34,033 nt of DNA, from positions 1 through 34,033 of the forward strand of contig LVLI01000149.1 of assembly GCA_001687465.1 (NCBI GenBank), given 5' to 3'. This document shows, one piece after another, positions 1 to 12,762 of the stretch (the first letter of the stretch is position 1; each line of letters begins with the position of its first letter). Source of the stretch: Halocafeteria seosinensis (Eukaryota). The notes below the pieces were generated by a model. It was not told the origin of the DNA, ran no database searches, and worked only from the letters and a program-made list of their open reading frames with translations. The position numbers and the translations under genes were made by a program.

Positions 1-1728
1 CCAGTGCTGTGTTCCCTCACGGCGCATGTCAGCAAGGCTGCAGGAACAGCGGGCCCGTCGCTGCTTAACACGGGCGCATACCGCTCCTCGTTAAGAGGAT
101 GTGGTCAACTTCCCGGCCGGTGGGCTATCTGTCACATTTGTGTGTGTGTAACGTTGTACCTAGGTTGCACAAAGAACAGTTCCGGTAAGACCAATATCAA
201 TGCACATCTAAAACATGAGAATATCCAATGGTTTCCAATCTAAAAAGGTTTTACTGATTTTTACTGATAGCCCCAGTACATGGAGTATCCCTGCGGCACG
301 CAAGTTGACGCAACTCTCTGGAAAATATAGGTAGTCCCCCACTTGGTGGGCTGGGACCATCGGGTGTCACATCATGGCTTATGAGTGACTCCTGGACTCA
401 GCATAAAGTTATCCGCTATTCGAAAGCCCTACCTTTTTGTAGTTACCGTACCAGGGAAGCCAAAGAGAGACGAATGGTCAAAGGTGGTACTCCTGAATGG
501 GACTCCTGGTAACTGATTCTTGTGAAGTTATGCGCTATCCAAAGGAATCCAATGGTACTCTCCTGGAAACTGATTCTTGTGAAGTTGTACGGCTGCAAGC
601 AGTGCAAGGTACTCCCTGGGCACTGCGCAGCTAGTAGCTCCTCCTCGATCTGAGTCCCGGTTCGCTTCCCTCAACTGAGTGACTCTGAGTCCTCAGCTTA
701 GTCGGCTCACTGCGGCCAACTGAGTCTGAGTCTTCCAGGTCAGTAAAACTCGTTCTGCCAGGGTACTCTCACTCCGGGAGAAAAAAAAGTTTCTCCTCCG
801 GAGGTACTCTTGCTCTTTGGCGTCGGGGAATCAGAGCAACAGCTACAGGACTCAGAGCAACTTGAAGTCGTGCTCCAATCTGTGGTCTGACACAACATCA
901 CTCGGCAATTCTGTATCCATTCCTCTTCCCCGGTTATTTCTCCAATTCAGCATATACTACGTAAGTAGCAGTGGTACCCTCGCAAGTTCCGAGTCAGCTG
1001 AGCGGAGCTGACTACCGATGCACCACGGCAGCACAGATTATACCGCACGATTTCTAACTTAGCGCCGGAGGATTCCATATTGGCAGAGGTTTTGAATCCG
1101 AAGTGTGCACCAGGGCAATTCGCGGTAGTGCGTTGGGTTATATTGTAGAACGGACTTTGCACGTTTTGTGGCCCCCCGTACTACAAAGGCAGAGCTATGA
1201 TGATAGACTTTAATGTTCCAGTTAGTTGTGAATGGTACCTTGTCAATGATATAGCATATACTACCAGTGTGCAAAAGAGGGGGCTTTGGGAATTAGCGAA
1301 TGGTGCGACAAAATGTGACTCTCCATCCGTTACCGGATGCCCCAGAATAGAGGCAGAGATGATGCTTTCGAGACCATCCTAGGAACGCGAAGACTCCGTC
1401 CATGTTGCAGTATAGATGACGTGCTATCGTATGTGCACAGTTTTACAGAAGCCAGGGGAAACCACGTGTTCCGCGCAGTGTGAAGGCGAGGGATGGCAAC
1501 TATACTCGTGCTTCGTACGATTCTCACCTTCTATGGTTATCTGAATGCCAGCACTGAGTGAAATTGCCTTGACTGGTACCCTCGGGCATCACGAGTGAGC
1601 TTATCTGAGGAGAAAACTCGTGCCGGAGGCAGAGAGTCAATCACGTCGATACACACGGCATTGGACGGGCGTATGGAGATTTACGGCAACTGCAGCTTAC
1701 TCGAGTGAGGAACTGTCGAGTGAGATTC

Positions 1729-1930
1729 AGAGTCACTGAGGATGCGGCGCCGATGCGCACACGGTGGAACTATATGCATGTAGTATACGCCGGTATTTTC
1801 GAAGGAAAGGGTAGAACGGGATCTCAGTCGAGTAGAGTCACTGAGGATGCGGCGCCGATGCGCACACGGTGGAACTACATACATGTAGTACACGCCGGTA
1901 TTTTCGAAGGAAAGGGTAGAACGGGATCTC
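1729..1930. repeat. Direct tandem duplication, ~97 bp unit, period 105 bp (2 copies)
   Basis: agagtcactgaggatgcggcgccgatgcgcacacggtggaac...gggtagaacgggatctc occurs at 1729-1825 and 1834-1930 with only a few substitutions. Confidence 0.95.
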
Positions 1931-1947
1931 GGCAAACCTGGGATGTT

Positions 1948-3075
1948 CTATTTCGTCCCTTCAATACTTATATCTATTGGAACTTCGCGTGTTAGAATGT
2001 TGCCACTTCCATGATTGGTGTTTCTACCTAGGTTATCGTTGGGACTAAGACAATTGGACGAACTGAAGTTACTAGGGGAAGTGGCCGTAAATACACTGGA
2101 GAGCTCCCCATAGCTCGCAATCGACAGGAAACTAGATTCGTCTGCCTCAGCGTCATGTAAGACTTGCATCTCCTTTCCTTGAGGGTTTTCTACTGTTAGA
2201 TCCGCTGTAGGATCATAGTGGGGTGTTCGTCCGCACTGGTCGAACTCCGTCTCCCAGTTCTCATGCATGGGGTGGAACTGCCTGCCGCTTACTGCGCCCT
2301 TCGGGTTGACATCGAAGCCTGTCGTGGATTCTGAAAAACTCCAACTGCCTGGGTGACCACGCTCAACATTCTTATGTTTTGGGTGTAGATTCGCCCTTGT
2401 AGAATGGGTGTACGCTGGACCCGACCAGTGCCTTGTCGGTTGTGGTGCTTGACTGCCGCAATAGCTGGAAACAGTGTCGGACATGGGATAGATTGAACTT
2501 GCTTCTCGATTAGTACTCCCACTCATTCCCCCTTGCATACCATGAGAACGCAGACCAGTTTCACCTGAAAAGAGTTGTGCTTTTGGCGATGGACTCAAAC
2601 GGTGTAACCAGTCGTCAGAGAATAATCCCTCCGCTGATCCCAGGGGAGTGTACGCCTCCTCCAGCGAGGGAAGCCTGGTATTATAGTCAAATTGGCCTGT
2701 TTGGTTTTGTGAAGAAGTTCCCGTCGGATCACTTGAATTACTTTCAAGGACTATGTCGACTAGGGAAGGGCCAGCTCTTTGGATGATAAATCGTTCTGTT
2801 GAAGCCGCCCGCTTGCCTAAATGAGTTTTGGTATCCGTGTCTACACATTCACTGATTCTTTGTTTCTGTACACATCTCTGCATTTTCACAGAGAAGGACA
2901 ATTGTTCTACACGGTGAGAAGAGAGACGGTGCTGTACTACAGAGAAACGGGAACTTACAGTGCAAGGTCTTTGCCCATCGCACTTGAGTTTTCTCGACGC
3001 ACATGGGGTGCAAGCACGCTTTACTCTACCGAGAAAACGTTTCTTTCTCTTTGGAGGCTCTCCTGAACACTGCAT
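1948..3075 (-). CDS. Zn(II)2Cys6 binuclear-cluster transcription factor (paralog 1); 5' end uncertain
   Basis: Removing an in-frame GTAAGT..ATGCAG intron (2878-2958, 81 nt) gives CTPCASRKLKCDGQRPCTRCVQKQRISEC = C-x2-C-x6-C-x5-C-x2-C-x8-C. It is preceded by a basic stretch (KRKKRFLGRVKRA) and followed by a low-complexity Ser/acidic tail. Confidence 0.88.
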   Translation of the reverse strand: MQCSGEPPKRKKRFLGRVKRACTPCASRKLKCDGQRPCTVSSRFSVVQHRLSSHRVEQLSFSVKMQRCVQKQRISECVDTDTKTHLGKRAASTERFIIQRAGPSLVDIVLESNSSDPTGTSSQNQTGQFDYNTRLPSLEEAYTPLGSAEGLFSDDWLHRLSPSPKAQLFSGETGLRSHGMQGGMSGSTNREASSIYPMSDTVSSYCGSQAPQPTRHWSGPAYTHSTRANLHPKHKNVERGHPGSWSFSESTTGFDVNPKGAVSGRQFHPMHENWETEFDQCGRTPHYDPTADLTVENPQGKEMQVLHDAEADESSFLSIASYGELSSVFTATSPSNFSSSNCLSPNDNLGRNTNHGSGNILTREVPIDISIEGTK

Positions 3076-4333
3076 ATGGTCGAGTAGTTGAAATAGGATA
3101 ACCCAGGTTGTACCGGTAGTTACTGGGCCGACCACGAAGCACCGAAATCGAAGAAGCAACCAGTTTGTGTTCTGTGAACGACAGCCCGGGGAAAAGTCTC
3201 CAATTTACCACCCACAATAGTGTTCCTTCCTGTAACACGACTGGATGGAAGCAACAATCCGAACAGATTTTACTCTATTGCTCGTGTGGGCCTGTCCCCT
3301 TACGTTGAAGATGGGCAGTCTCGGACATCTCACTGAGGTATGGACCGGCTTCTTCTGGCTGCTGGGTTCTTCCGAATTTCATCCCCAACCTCACTGAGTC
3401 TGCATGTTTTGGGCGATCAGTTCGTCCATGGGCGTGAGAACGTGGAATCCCTCACAGAACAGAGAAAGCGATATATACACGGGAAAGTGGCGCGCCCCTC
3501 CTCGGAAGTATGTAACGTGCGCCGGCGACCTCACCTTGTACACTTACCACTAGCAAGCGTCATACAATAACTTGGGGGGTTATCAAAGCATTTCCAATGC
3601 AGTGCCGATGCAAAGTCAAAGCCGGGTACCTCCATGTATCAGTCTTGGAAAACGAAACTACTGGTTCATCGGGGATCGTAACGGGGCGCAAGCCAGTTGA
3701 CAACCCCATCTCCGCTCGGGAGGAGTGAAGGCTTTCGTGGTGGTCCATTGGTGGATGATCGACTTGATTTTGCGATGAAACCTTAGAACAATTCATGTGC
3801 AGAGTAGAAAACGCTGTGTTCGTATGTAGATATGTTATCATTAGTTTGTGACTGCCCGCGATGATTTGCAACGGGAGGCAGTGCGTCTTGCCGAGGGAGT
3901 TATTCGACATATATATGACGGCAATGTTGGGATCACTCGTATTGGCACCTCATACTCGCCATCCATCGTTTAAGAGGAATCCCTGTGGAACGGACGGAGG
4001 AAAATATCATTCCCGCTTGATTTTGTGCATGAGCTTGTTGGACTGCAGGAAGGGTACCGGCTGGTTGTTATCTTCATCACACCGTATACGTGCGTTGCTT
4101 TACAACACTTGTGTAACGAAGTAATTTGCTTGAAACTCCTGGGAGAACAAGAGTAGGCGATGCCACCAGAGTGGTCGCATCAGTCGCTGCCGTAATCTCA
4201 ACTCGCTAACGTGAACTGCAATTGTACGTTAAGGTCAACGGGACTCCGGAACGGCGGAATCTAAGGCAATTTTTTTCGAACTTCATACCCGAAGCTTCCG
4301 GTATTTCTTGCAATTTTTCAGATATAAAAACTC

Positions 4334-5104
4334 TTACAGAAGTGCATCTTGGGGTTTCCTCCAACTCGCTTGAGGCTCTTCACACATAGGTGAGCCTTCG
4401 CGATTAGCGGAAGAGGCATCCGACGATCTAGAGGAGCTGTCACTTTGGCCTTCCAAGAAGCTCCGTAATGAAAATGGTAGATCCATACTCTTCGAAGAAT
4501 CATGAAGATTGTCTTGCCCCGGGGTTTGTGATGCGGAACGGTGGTCAATCACGCCACTGGAATTTCGGGCCGTCACTTGCAACGCCTCGCTGGGGCGGAA
4601 CCTGGTGACCGGGCTAGTGTTCCTTATGGAACGACTAGTTGCATAAGTGCCGGATTGGACGCTACAAACGGCATTTCTCGAACTAATTGTCAAATCTATG
4701 CTATCAGATAAAACGGGTTTCGCATGTTGCTTGATCGTGCTCTTCGGGTATGCGAAACTGACTTCCCTTAGCCGATTCTTTCTAGAAGCAGTTAGCTCGA
4801 CTCTCTCCCCTGCAGGAAACTTCCTTTTCAAGCCGAACCGTTGGAAAGTATGCCTTTCTGTTAGTGAGTTAAAGCAAGCAAAGGAGTCATCGTAATCGTT
4901 TCCAATAGTATCCAAACTGCCGGCAGTTCTGCGCCAGGGTGCGGAGCTACTCAGTGTACTATCCTCGGGAAGCATACCCGACACACATGAAGTTGTGCTG
5001 TAGCTGTTGGTACTTGGCATCGTCGATCCGGATATTGTATTGGTACCGAGACTAATTTCATCTGGAATGATCGACGGTTCCTCAAAGTCCGAAGAGTCCA
5101 GCAT
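4334..5104 (-). CDS. Hypothetical Ser-rich protein (256 aa ORF, may splice onward at a GTAAG next to the stop)
   Basis: Long ATG-initiated ORF with a basic patch (LKRKF). No family recognised. Confidence 0.45.
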   Translation of the reverse strand: MLDSSDFEEPSIIPDEISLGTNTISGSTMPSTNSYSTTSCVSGMLPEDSTLSSSAPWRRTAGSLDTIGNDYDDSFACFNSLTERHTFQRFGLKRKFPAGERVELTASRKNRLREVSFAYPKSTIKQHAKPVLSDSIDLTISSRNAVCSVQSGTYATSRSIRNTSPVTRFRPSEALQVTARNSSGVIDHRSASQTPGQDNLHDSSKSMDLPFSLRSFLEGQSDSSSRSSDASSANREGSPMCEEPQASWRKPQDALL

Positions 5105-5830
5105 CCTATCTATAAGCGAATTGCGCGGATGTATGCCAAAGTTCCTTGTGGCTGCTCGCGTTGGTTGGTCCCCTAATCTACTGTCAAAGCACTGTTCTAT
5201 TCGATTTGCTTTTATACATCGCTGTAGTAAACATCATGTCATAAAACATGCACCCAAGGACATCAGCTGACCAAACCAACAATTGTGAGCTGCCTTACCG
5301 TACACGGCCGTATGCTCTCACATTTTTGTTTTCGCAGGGCGCAGGGGCGACAGGCTCTCCTTACTCGTCCTCTAGTACTAGACGCACTAGACATCTCTTG
5401 TATTCAATTTATAAGGTGTGAACAACGAAACACGATGTACTGCCGGGGCAATAGTGGATATGCATTTCCCTCGGCCTACTCTGTGCCTTGTATGATCTGG
5501 ATTCATAGCCAGCCACCCGATTATCCATCTGCTCCAGGGACTGCATTGCCTACAGTAAATGCACATAGCTTTAGGAAGATCAAGCCACAGAAACAAGAGC
5601 ATATTACTTAACTGACAGCGTTATCAGCTTGCCGAAAACTCCGCAGGTAGTCCTTGATGAAAGCATTTCGAGCTGACCATGCACTACTGTGTTTCTGTCC
5701 CTAACATATCGTATACCATGTTTTCTTCGTGAGGCAGGCTGAAAAATGGAGGCAATCGTTCTTTCTTGGTTAGCCAGCGGGCCATTCGGGGGGAGAAACC
5801 TCGTAGTCACGTGCCCTACCTCATTGTTCT

Positions 5831-5852
5831 GCGCGCGCGTGTGTGTGTGTGT
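5831..5852. repeat. (GC)4(GT)7 microsatellite
   Basis: Direct read of the sequence. Confidence 0.9.
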
Positions 5853-6408
5853 ATGTTCTGCGTCCCACGAGTTCTGCTAGAGGAAGGAAAGACCCTACTA
5901 CTGGTAAAATGACAAGGATCTCGATTTAAATCCTATCCGCAGAGAAGAATGGGCAAACTTGGGTCTCACTGCCCGTGCTTGGAGTGGTGCACTGCCTCAC
6001 ACGGAAATATCGGCTAACTTTACATGGAAGGTAGAACAGTAGTTGGCGAATGAATTGAGCAAAGAGAGGCGTTACCGAGTTATGATAAACGATATAAACC
6101 ACAGGTGCTTCCTCTTAGCAGAGTTGTAGTGCCGGAACCTGAGCGGAGGATTTATCACCCGCCAATGGCAACATATGTTGCCTGATTATATTTAGATTTT
6201 GGTGTGGCGGGTGATAAGGATTCGAAATGGAAACGGAGCCGACTTGGCTACATAGATGTCGTAAGCACAATCGGCGTATACCGCAGTCCCGGGAGCTGCA
6301 TCATATTGAAATTAAGAACATAATACGTGGTGCGCGCCAGAAGGGCATTACTTCTCGCCCGGCTTCAAACGAAGTCAAATTCCACCCGGAATTCGAGAAT
6401 GCTGTAGT

Positions 6409-6428
6409 TGTGTGTGTGTGTGTGTGTG
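6409..6428. repeat. (TG)10 microsatellite
   Basis: Direct read of the sequence. Confidence 0.9.
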
Positions 6429-6754
6429 TAGTTGTACTGCAGCGCGTACAGCATCTACGGTGCTTTCGAAAATATTCACCAACTGATGCATGTCTTTAGA
6501 TGTCAGTAGCATGGTTCACTGCTTCGAGGGATACTGTGGAGGCAGGTCTCGTCCCGATTGATTACTCAGATTGGTCATCCCTATACCTTCAACAGCACAC
6601 ACATGACACAGTTGAGCACGCAAGTATGCAGAAACGCTAAGGAGCTCATTCACGATACGGGTAGGGAGCTAACATGGGCATGCAATGTTTTGCTTATTGC
6701 ACTCCGTGTTCCCAAAGTCGTTATTTGCTGTTGGCGGCAGGTAATTATACATGA

Positions 6755-7823
6755 ATGAAGCAGCTTTCTCCCGGACCGACCGATCCTCTGCAGCCTCCCC
6801 GTCTGCACTATGGAAGTGACCATACTTGGTCCACGGATGGTTTAAGAAATCAGTAGTTGAGCAACGCTCAGAATCATCGATACTCACCATGATATGTGCT
6901 TGAGTAACTCTTGCGGTGACCTAGTACCACCTTATATACCTCTGCTGGTCAATACACTGCAGTTGCATATTATCTAGCTGACCAGTTGTCTGAAGAAACG
7001 AGACAAAGCCTAGATAGCATTGAGAGAAGCTGCGGAAGGACGTGTACCTACCAGCATTACACACAGAAGCGTTCTAAGGCACCAAATATCCCCTTTCTTA
7101 GCTTCCCCGGGAATTTTGCCCTGGAAGATCCTCCTGAGAATTTACTTGGAGACAGACCCCTGGAGGTGCATTCAGTAAGGTTCCTCTCACATGCCGCCTC
7201 TAAATCCCACCATTGGCCGCGGGATTCTTTCGGTCTATGGTTAGAGATGACGCTACTCCCACGTTCCCGTCCACCACCGACCAAGAAATTTTCAAGCTTA
7301 ACATCGTAATGCGCAACACCGCGAGAGTGGGCGAAATGAAGAGCCGCAGCATATCCACCGAAGGTATGATTAAGTTGAAATTGGCCTCTCCATGCGCTTC
7401 TTCGATTTATACCCTTGATTACTTACGACAGACAGATTCTTGCAGTTTCTTCGGGAAGTTTCCCGGCCCTTCGGGGTTCTAGGAGATGGTCAGATTGCGC
7501 CGATTTCGTCTGTATTATCAGGACTTTGTCCAAACAACCCGTTGGATTTATTGCTTCCACTGTTCTTCCAGAAGCAGTGAGTTTGGACTGCCCTCCAGTG
7601 CGGCGGGGAGTTCCACTCTCATTCCTATCCACTGCGAAGCCTCAAGATGCATAGAGAGGGTAATACGGAACCTCCTCTACAGAACTGGATGTGGACCACT
7701 TACAGCCACCGTGGCCAATCTTCTTCTGGAATTTTCCAGACGGATGCAATAATCGTAAACCATTCGACTCAAGAAGATGAGACGAACTCACTTTGAAAAA
7801 ATATCTCTGCTCGAAAGCGACAT
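6755..7823 (-). pseudogene. Unprocessed pseudogene of the local Ser/Thr kinase family (closest to the 11390-12762 copy); boundaries approximate
   Basis: Colinear fragments in shifting frames: KKIGHGG, SAQSDHLLEPRRAGKLPEETARIC, HSRGVAHYDVKLENFLVG, GI*RRHVRGTLLNAPP, KGDIWCLRTLLCVML, ERCSTTDFLNHPW. The DWG region is disrupted, frameshifts and a stop are present, and intron-like spacers are retained. Confidence 0.85.
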
Positions 7824-9350
7824 GGATCCTTTTTGCGCCAGACTGGGGAACAGGTCTGAGCCCAGAACTGCGGTCGGACCCGGAAGACTCCAGATGCTGA
7901 GTATATGGTATCCTAACTAAATTGGCTCGGATCCACCGGTTGAAGAGTTCAATACTCCAATCACTGTACCTTTTTTGGGTAACACCAACGAACAAGCATT
8001 GGCTTTTTATTCTCTAGCAGATATCCTACGGCCGTGGCACGAGTCGAAGCTTCTATTTTGAGGACGCAAGCCAGTTGAACTTGACGCCTCCCAGGAGTCC
8101 TAGCTTGTTTGAGGGCTATAGCGCTTTATCCCACGTCCCGTTCACCAGGGTTCCCAATAAGAGGGTTCATTGTAGGTAAAAGTGTGCATCAAATCCGGGA
8201 CTAACATGTTGTAGCGCGATCGTAGACGTGCTTCGAGTTCACGTGCAACGCTTCAGAAAAGCATTCGACGTTGATGTTCAGTTGAAGCTTCCAAAGTTGG
8301 ATATGAATGCATGAACACCAAGTCGACCATGAAATTGCAATGGAGCTGAGGCCAAATTCAATGGGGTGCCCTAGATTGATTCTGTGTGCTGAGCTGCGTT
8401 GGCGGGTCATTGTACTGTACCTGTATTTCTGACTCACCAGCTATGGAGGGATGATATTCTTGGAGATAAGTGCTTTTGGTCGTTAGGCTTTCTCCCGTTC
8501 TCTAGATGCAGCTTGATACAGGCATACTGGAAAGTTTTGCCGTCGGAGCTTCATTGATTTGACTGTAGGCTGAGCTAGTAGGCTCCTACGCCAGCAAAAC
8601 CGCTTGACGGCTCCATATTGCAGATCGGCCTGGTAGCTGTAAGTAGCGTCGCTTCCCTTAAATTGGGCATTTCTTTGCTCGTTTCCATCCTGTCCAGGGC
8701 GCGGCAACCGACCAAAACGAAAATAAAAGTAGAGATAGCCCGATTGAAGTTTTCCAAGCCGGTCGAAACGTCCGGGTAGGTTTTCTGACCTTACACGTAG
8801 CATCAGTACATCTCTGTATACATACAGTACCCGAAAGAGTGGCGTAAGGGTGTCGCATGCATACAGACATTACGCAAGAGAGAAGATGAAGCGGAGCAAG
8901 CGTATACCAGGAGAAGGGTTTGGGTTATGTGTGGTATCATGTACATGTACAACACACTGTCGACTCTGGGGGTCACTCACTTAATGCATGGTTGTAGGAT
9001 AGTTTCGTTGTACTTAACGAGCGCCATGCCTGGGAGAGATTCTCTGTCCTTATACGTGACCTTGTTCTGCTTGCGCGGTTTGCCCGCACAAATTATGAGA
9101 GTGCTATCCATAATTCAGATGAATCTCCGGCCACCGGCAGGTCCCATGTGAGTCTCAGTAAAACCTAGCGTTCAAGGTGAAAGCATCGGTACTTTACAGA
9201 GAATAAAACAAGTTGTTTTGCTCGAGAACACCAGCGAAAGACATAATTGTCCATAAGACACTAAGAGGTTATGTGGGCCTGGATCAGAACGCTTCGAATT
9301 GCGTGCCAGTGTGGACAATTCTTCTTCTTTACTCCGGGTTAGCAATATCC

Positions 9351-10599
9351 ATGGAGAGCCTAAGAGACACAACAACGCGCGTTGATATTCAAGTAGGTTG
9401 CTTGCCCTTTGTACATGTCTCCCCTGACTTTGTTTACAAAAGAATCTTGACCCGCAGTGGAAGATTGGTGTGGGCGTATCGGCTGAGGTGTTTTATGGAT
9501 TGCGGGGCGGAAAACCATTGGCTCTTAAAGTTTTTCGCACACTCAGAGAAGCACAGAGTGAAGAAGCGGCAGTACGTTATGGCTTTTGATATCTCTCAGT
9601 ACTGTTTACATTTAACACTGTAGTCACTCCAGCGGAAGCAACTGCACTTCGAATCTTCGTCGGAAACTCAGATTATCCCCTTTATTCTAACAATGGAAAA
9701 ACTATGTACTATCGAAGGAAAGCAGCTACGTCCAATAAAAGGTAATGCAGGAAGCTTGCTGAATATCCCCCTCAATCCTGTGGTCATGCCTATGGAGCTC
9801 GCGCAATCCGATCTATTGACGGAGATTATGCGAGTTGGAGGGTTACCTCAAGATACTGTACGGAAGTGTCTCTTGCAAATCTGCTACGGTATGTCGAAGG
9901 AATGCGTTAATAGCAGCATATACAGGAATTGTAACTGCAATGATAAATGCAGCATTGGATTATGCCCATATGCGAGGGGTAGCGCATTGTGATGTCAAAC
10001 CTGAGAACGTCCTCGTAGGGTTAGACGGACACCTGAGACTCGCAGATTGGGGATCGGCAGTGATCGACTACGACTGCACAAGTGCTGATAATGAACTATG
10101 GAGCTATCGCCTCCGTGGAACAATGCAGTACGCAGCTCCTGAAATCGTCTACCAATACAGTATCCTTGGGAGATCCTCAAACGTTAAATACGTGTGGGAC
10201 GCTAGGAAGGCCGATGTCTGGAATGCCGGCATTCTTATGTATGTGATGCTATCTGGTCGACCACCTTTCCGAAAAGCGTCGCGAAAGGATCCTCTCTTTG
10301 CCAGATTTGTTGAGTCAACAGAACAAGAAGATGCAACAGATATTTTGGAAGCGGAGATGCACGAGCTATACTCGACGTCCTTTCCCAAATGGCCGAAACA
10401 GGATGCCGCTTTTGATTCTACCGATGACGCAAGATTCCAATGGCCAACGTCCAACAGCAATTGTCAGGAGCTATTGCGACGTATACTGAGTGTTAATCCT
10501 CGTAACCGTTGCGACATTCGTTCGATTCTGGAGCATCCTTGGGTGCGGAACCGACCGACAAATTCCGACTACGTGTCAGTAGGCAAAGAAACTGGATAG
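9351..10599 (+). CDS. Ser/Thr protein kinase (CAMK-like), 4 exons
   Basis: Introns 9393-9457, 9572-9623 and 9889-9952 join IGVGVSAEVF, ALK, HCDVKPEN, DWG, GTMQYAAPE, DVWNAG and LEHPW in one frame. Confidence 0.9.
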
Positions 10600-11389
10600 T
10601 TGATTCTGGAGCATGGACATTTCCAACAACGGAGTCTTTAAACGAGCTCAGCTGCAGTTGCAATTGCAATCGACGATGTTGAACGGCTAGCTCTCAGACG
10701 TGGCCAAGATGATCCTGAACCGAACATGCTGCACACCCTAATGTTTCTGAAATGGGGATTACTAATACGTACAATACCATCCCCAAATTTCAGATGTCTA
10801 CCTCTCTTTCCAAAGCTACATCACTAGTGTGCATGACCCCGAAAGACCACTGGATTCATGCTGCGGTACTACCCTCACATGTATCTGATGTATTCCTGTG
10901 TCAATCAAGCATCAGGCTGTGTTTCCGTACCTACGTACGGTACAACATTTGTCCATGTATCGGCTGAATGCCACTGAACGTTCCGCGTGTGGATCTATCG
11001 AGAATGGGAAGATACGAGGTTTGTGGATCGCGTCATTAGCGTGGAGTCCGTGAAATCTTTTGCCATGCTGCTGCTGCCTGTGTAGCCCCGTAAAGAAACC
11101 TTGGAGAAGATAATTGGTCACGGCTGCGAAGTCAAGGCATACTGTGCTGTCAAAATTAGCAAACCCCCATTCGGTGAAATGCTCTCCCATTGTGGAAGCT
11201 GCTACGGATGACTGGGATGAACTATATATATCCCGTACGTTGTTTGCACTGGGTCCGGGATGGTGTTAGTGGCGGTTCATTTAATTACTTAAACCAATTT
11301 ACTTGACTGACTGGGGACAGCATTATGCATTTAATAAAAACTAGTTTTCAACGAATTACGTGCTCCCCACTTTCTGAAGGAGCTGCATA

Positions 11390-12762
11390 CTATCCCAAGC
11401 ACCCTACAGCGTGAAAACTCTGACTTCGAGACAAATCAGAAGAAACTTCGTTTCTGTGAGAAACCAGAGGCTCAGTAATTAGTGGAGTAGGATAGCTCAT
11501 ACTCGCGAAACCGTTGCTACGTATCCACGGGTGCTCCAAAATGTTGCTCATCGTGCATCGCTCCCCAGCATTCACCCTCAGCATTCTTAGTAATAAATGC
11601 TTTACTGATGGCATTTCCGCATTCGACGATTTAGGCCATAAAAATTCGCAAATTTCACAATGACTTGCTGAATCTCCAAAGTCCTCTGGATTAGTTAGTG
11701 AAGTGTCACTGTAGAGTTGCCGAAGCTCCTCTTCTAAAGATACCATTTTTTCCATTTGGTCAGTGGCTTGAAGAAATGAAACGAACCACGGATCTCTCCT
11801 AGAAGATTGATGAAATGGGGGTCTTCCTGTAAGTGCCACATATAGAAGTATGCCAAGACTCCACACATCACCCCTTGTAGCTTCCCAACGATATTTCGCG
11901 CGAGAAGAGCCTTGAGCGAGGTCATGTTGCAAGGATACTTCCGGAGCGGCGTACAGCAAAGTTCCTCTCACATGGCGACTCCATATTCCTTGCTCCGATA
12001 CTGCGCTCTCTTGGTCCACGCTCAACGACGATCCCCAATCGCTTACTCGAATATGCCCGTCCATTCCGATCAGAACATTTTCTGGTTTGATATCGCAATG
12101 TGCAACTCCTCGAATATGTGCGAACTGGAGAGCTGCAATAAAGTCCATACGATATGGCTCAAGAATAACTGCAAACCTCAAAGTATGGCTTCGTACCTTC
12201 GCAGATCTGGCGGATGCACTTCCGGGAAGTGTCCTCCGGCAGTTTCCCGACCCGTCGGATCTCAATGAGCAAGTCAGATTGAGCCAGTTCCATTGGCAAC
12301 ACTAATGTTTTTGTTAGCGATTTTGTAGGTGTAATTGGTTCCACTGACTCATGGAGGCCAAATTTCGTGGAGTCAACTTTGGCTACTTTCCGCGTCCGCA
12401 GGATGTACGGGGAACTATTCTCCGCACTCGATTGCAGCCGAACCCACTGTTTTTATCAAGCAAGAGGAGGAAGAGCTGTGTAATACACAAGGACCTCTTC
12501 CCAAGTTAGAGAAACATACAGCTTCGTTTTCGTTCCTGGCTGCTTCGATCGTGTGATAGCATTTAAGCGCCATTGGTTTCGAGTGCTGGAAGGCGTAATA
12601 CACCATGGCGTCGCCGCCTCTGCCTATCCTCTTCTGCACTCCCAAGAAGGCTGTGAAGGACGTCAATATCCAGCAAGATACCATAGATACACCTACTCTG
12701 ATAAAGATAGAGCTCGTCCGAAGATTCTGGCTCTGTCTGTCTGAAACGGGAGACGAGTCCAT
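11390..12762 (-). CDS. Ser/Thr protein kinase (CAMK-like), 4 exons, paralog of 9351-10599
   Basis: Introns 12634-12696, 12447-12519 and 12133-12196 are at the same positions as in the paralog. Motifs: IGRGGDAMVY, ALK, HCDIKPEN, DWG, GTLLYAAPE, DVWSLG, LEHPW. Confidence 0.9.

Noticed and set aside
1705..1995. ORFs with internal peptide repeats
   Set aside because: By-product of the 105-bp (multiple of 3) tandem duplication; no coding evidence
4334..4370. WRKPQDALL as the start of a Myb repeat
   Set aside because: No downstream exon with the remaining Myb tryptophans could be found
8000..8870. Short ORFs with splice-like signals (similar cases at 10750-11200 and 12850-13900)
   Set aside because: No coherent exon chain or recognisable family; possibly decayed genes but unsupported
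8914..8927. agggtttgggtta as an interstitial telomere
   Set aside because: Only two imperfect units; expected by chance
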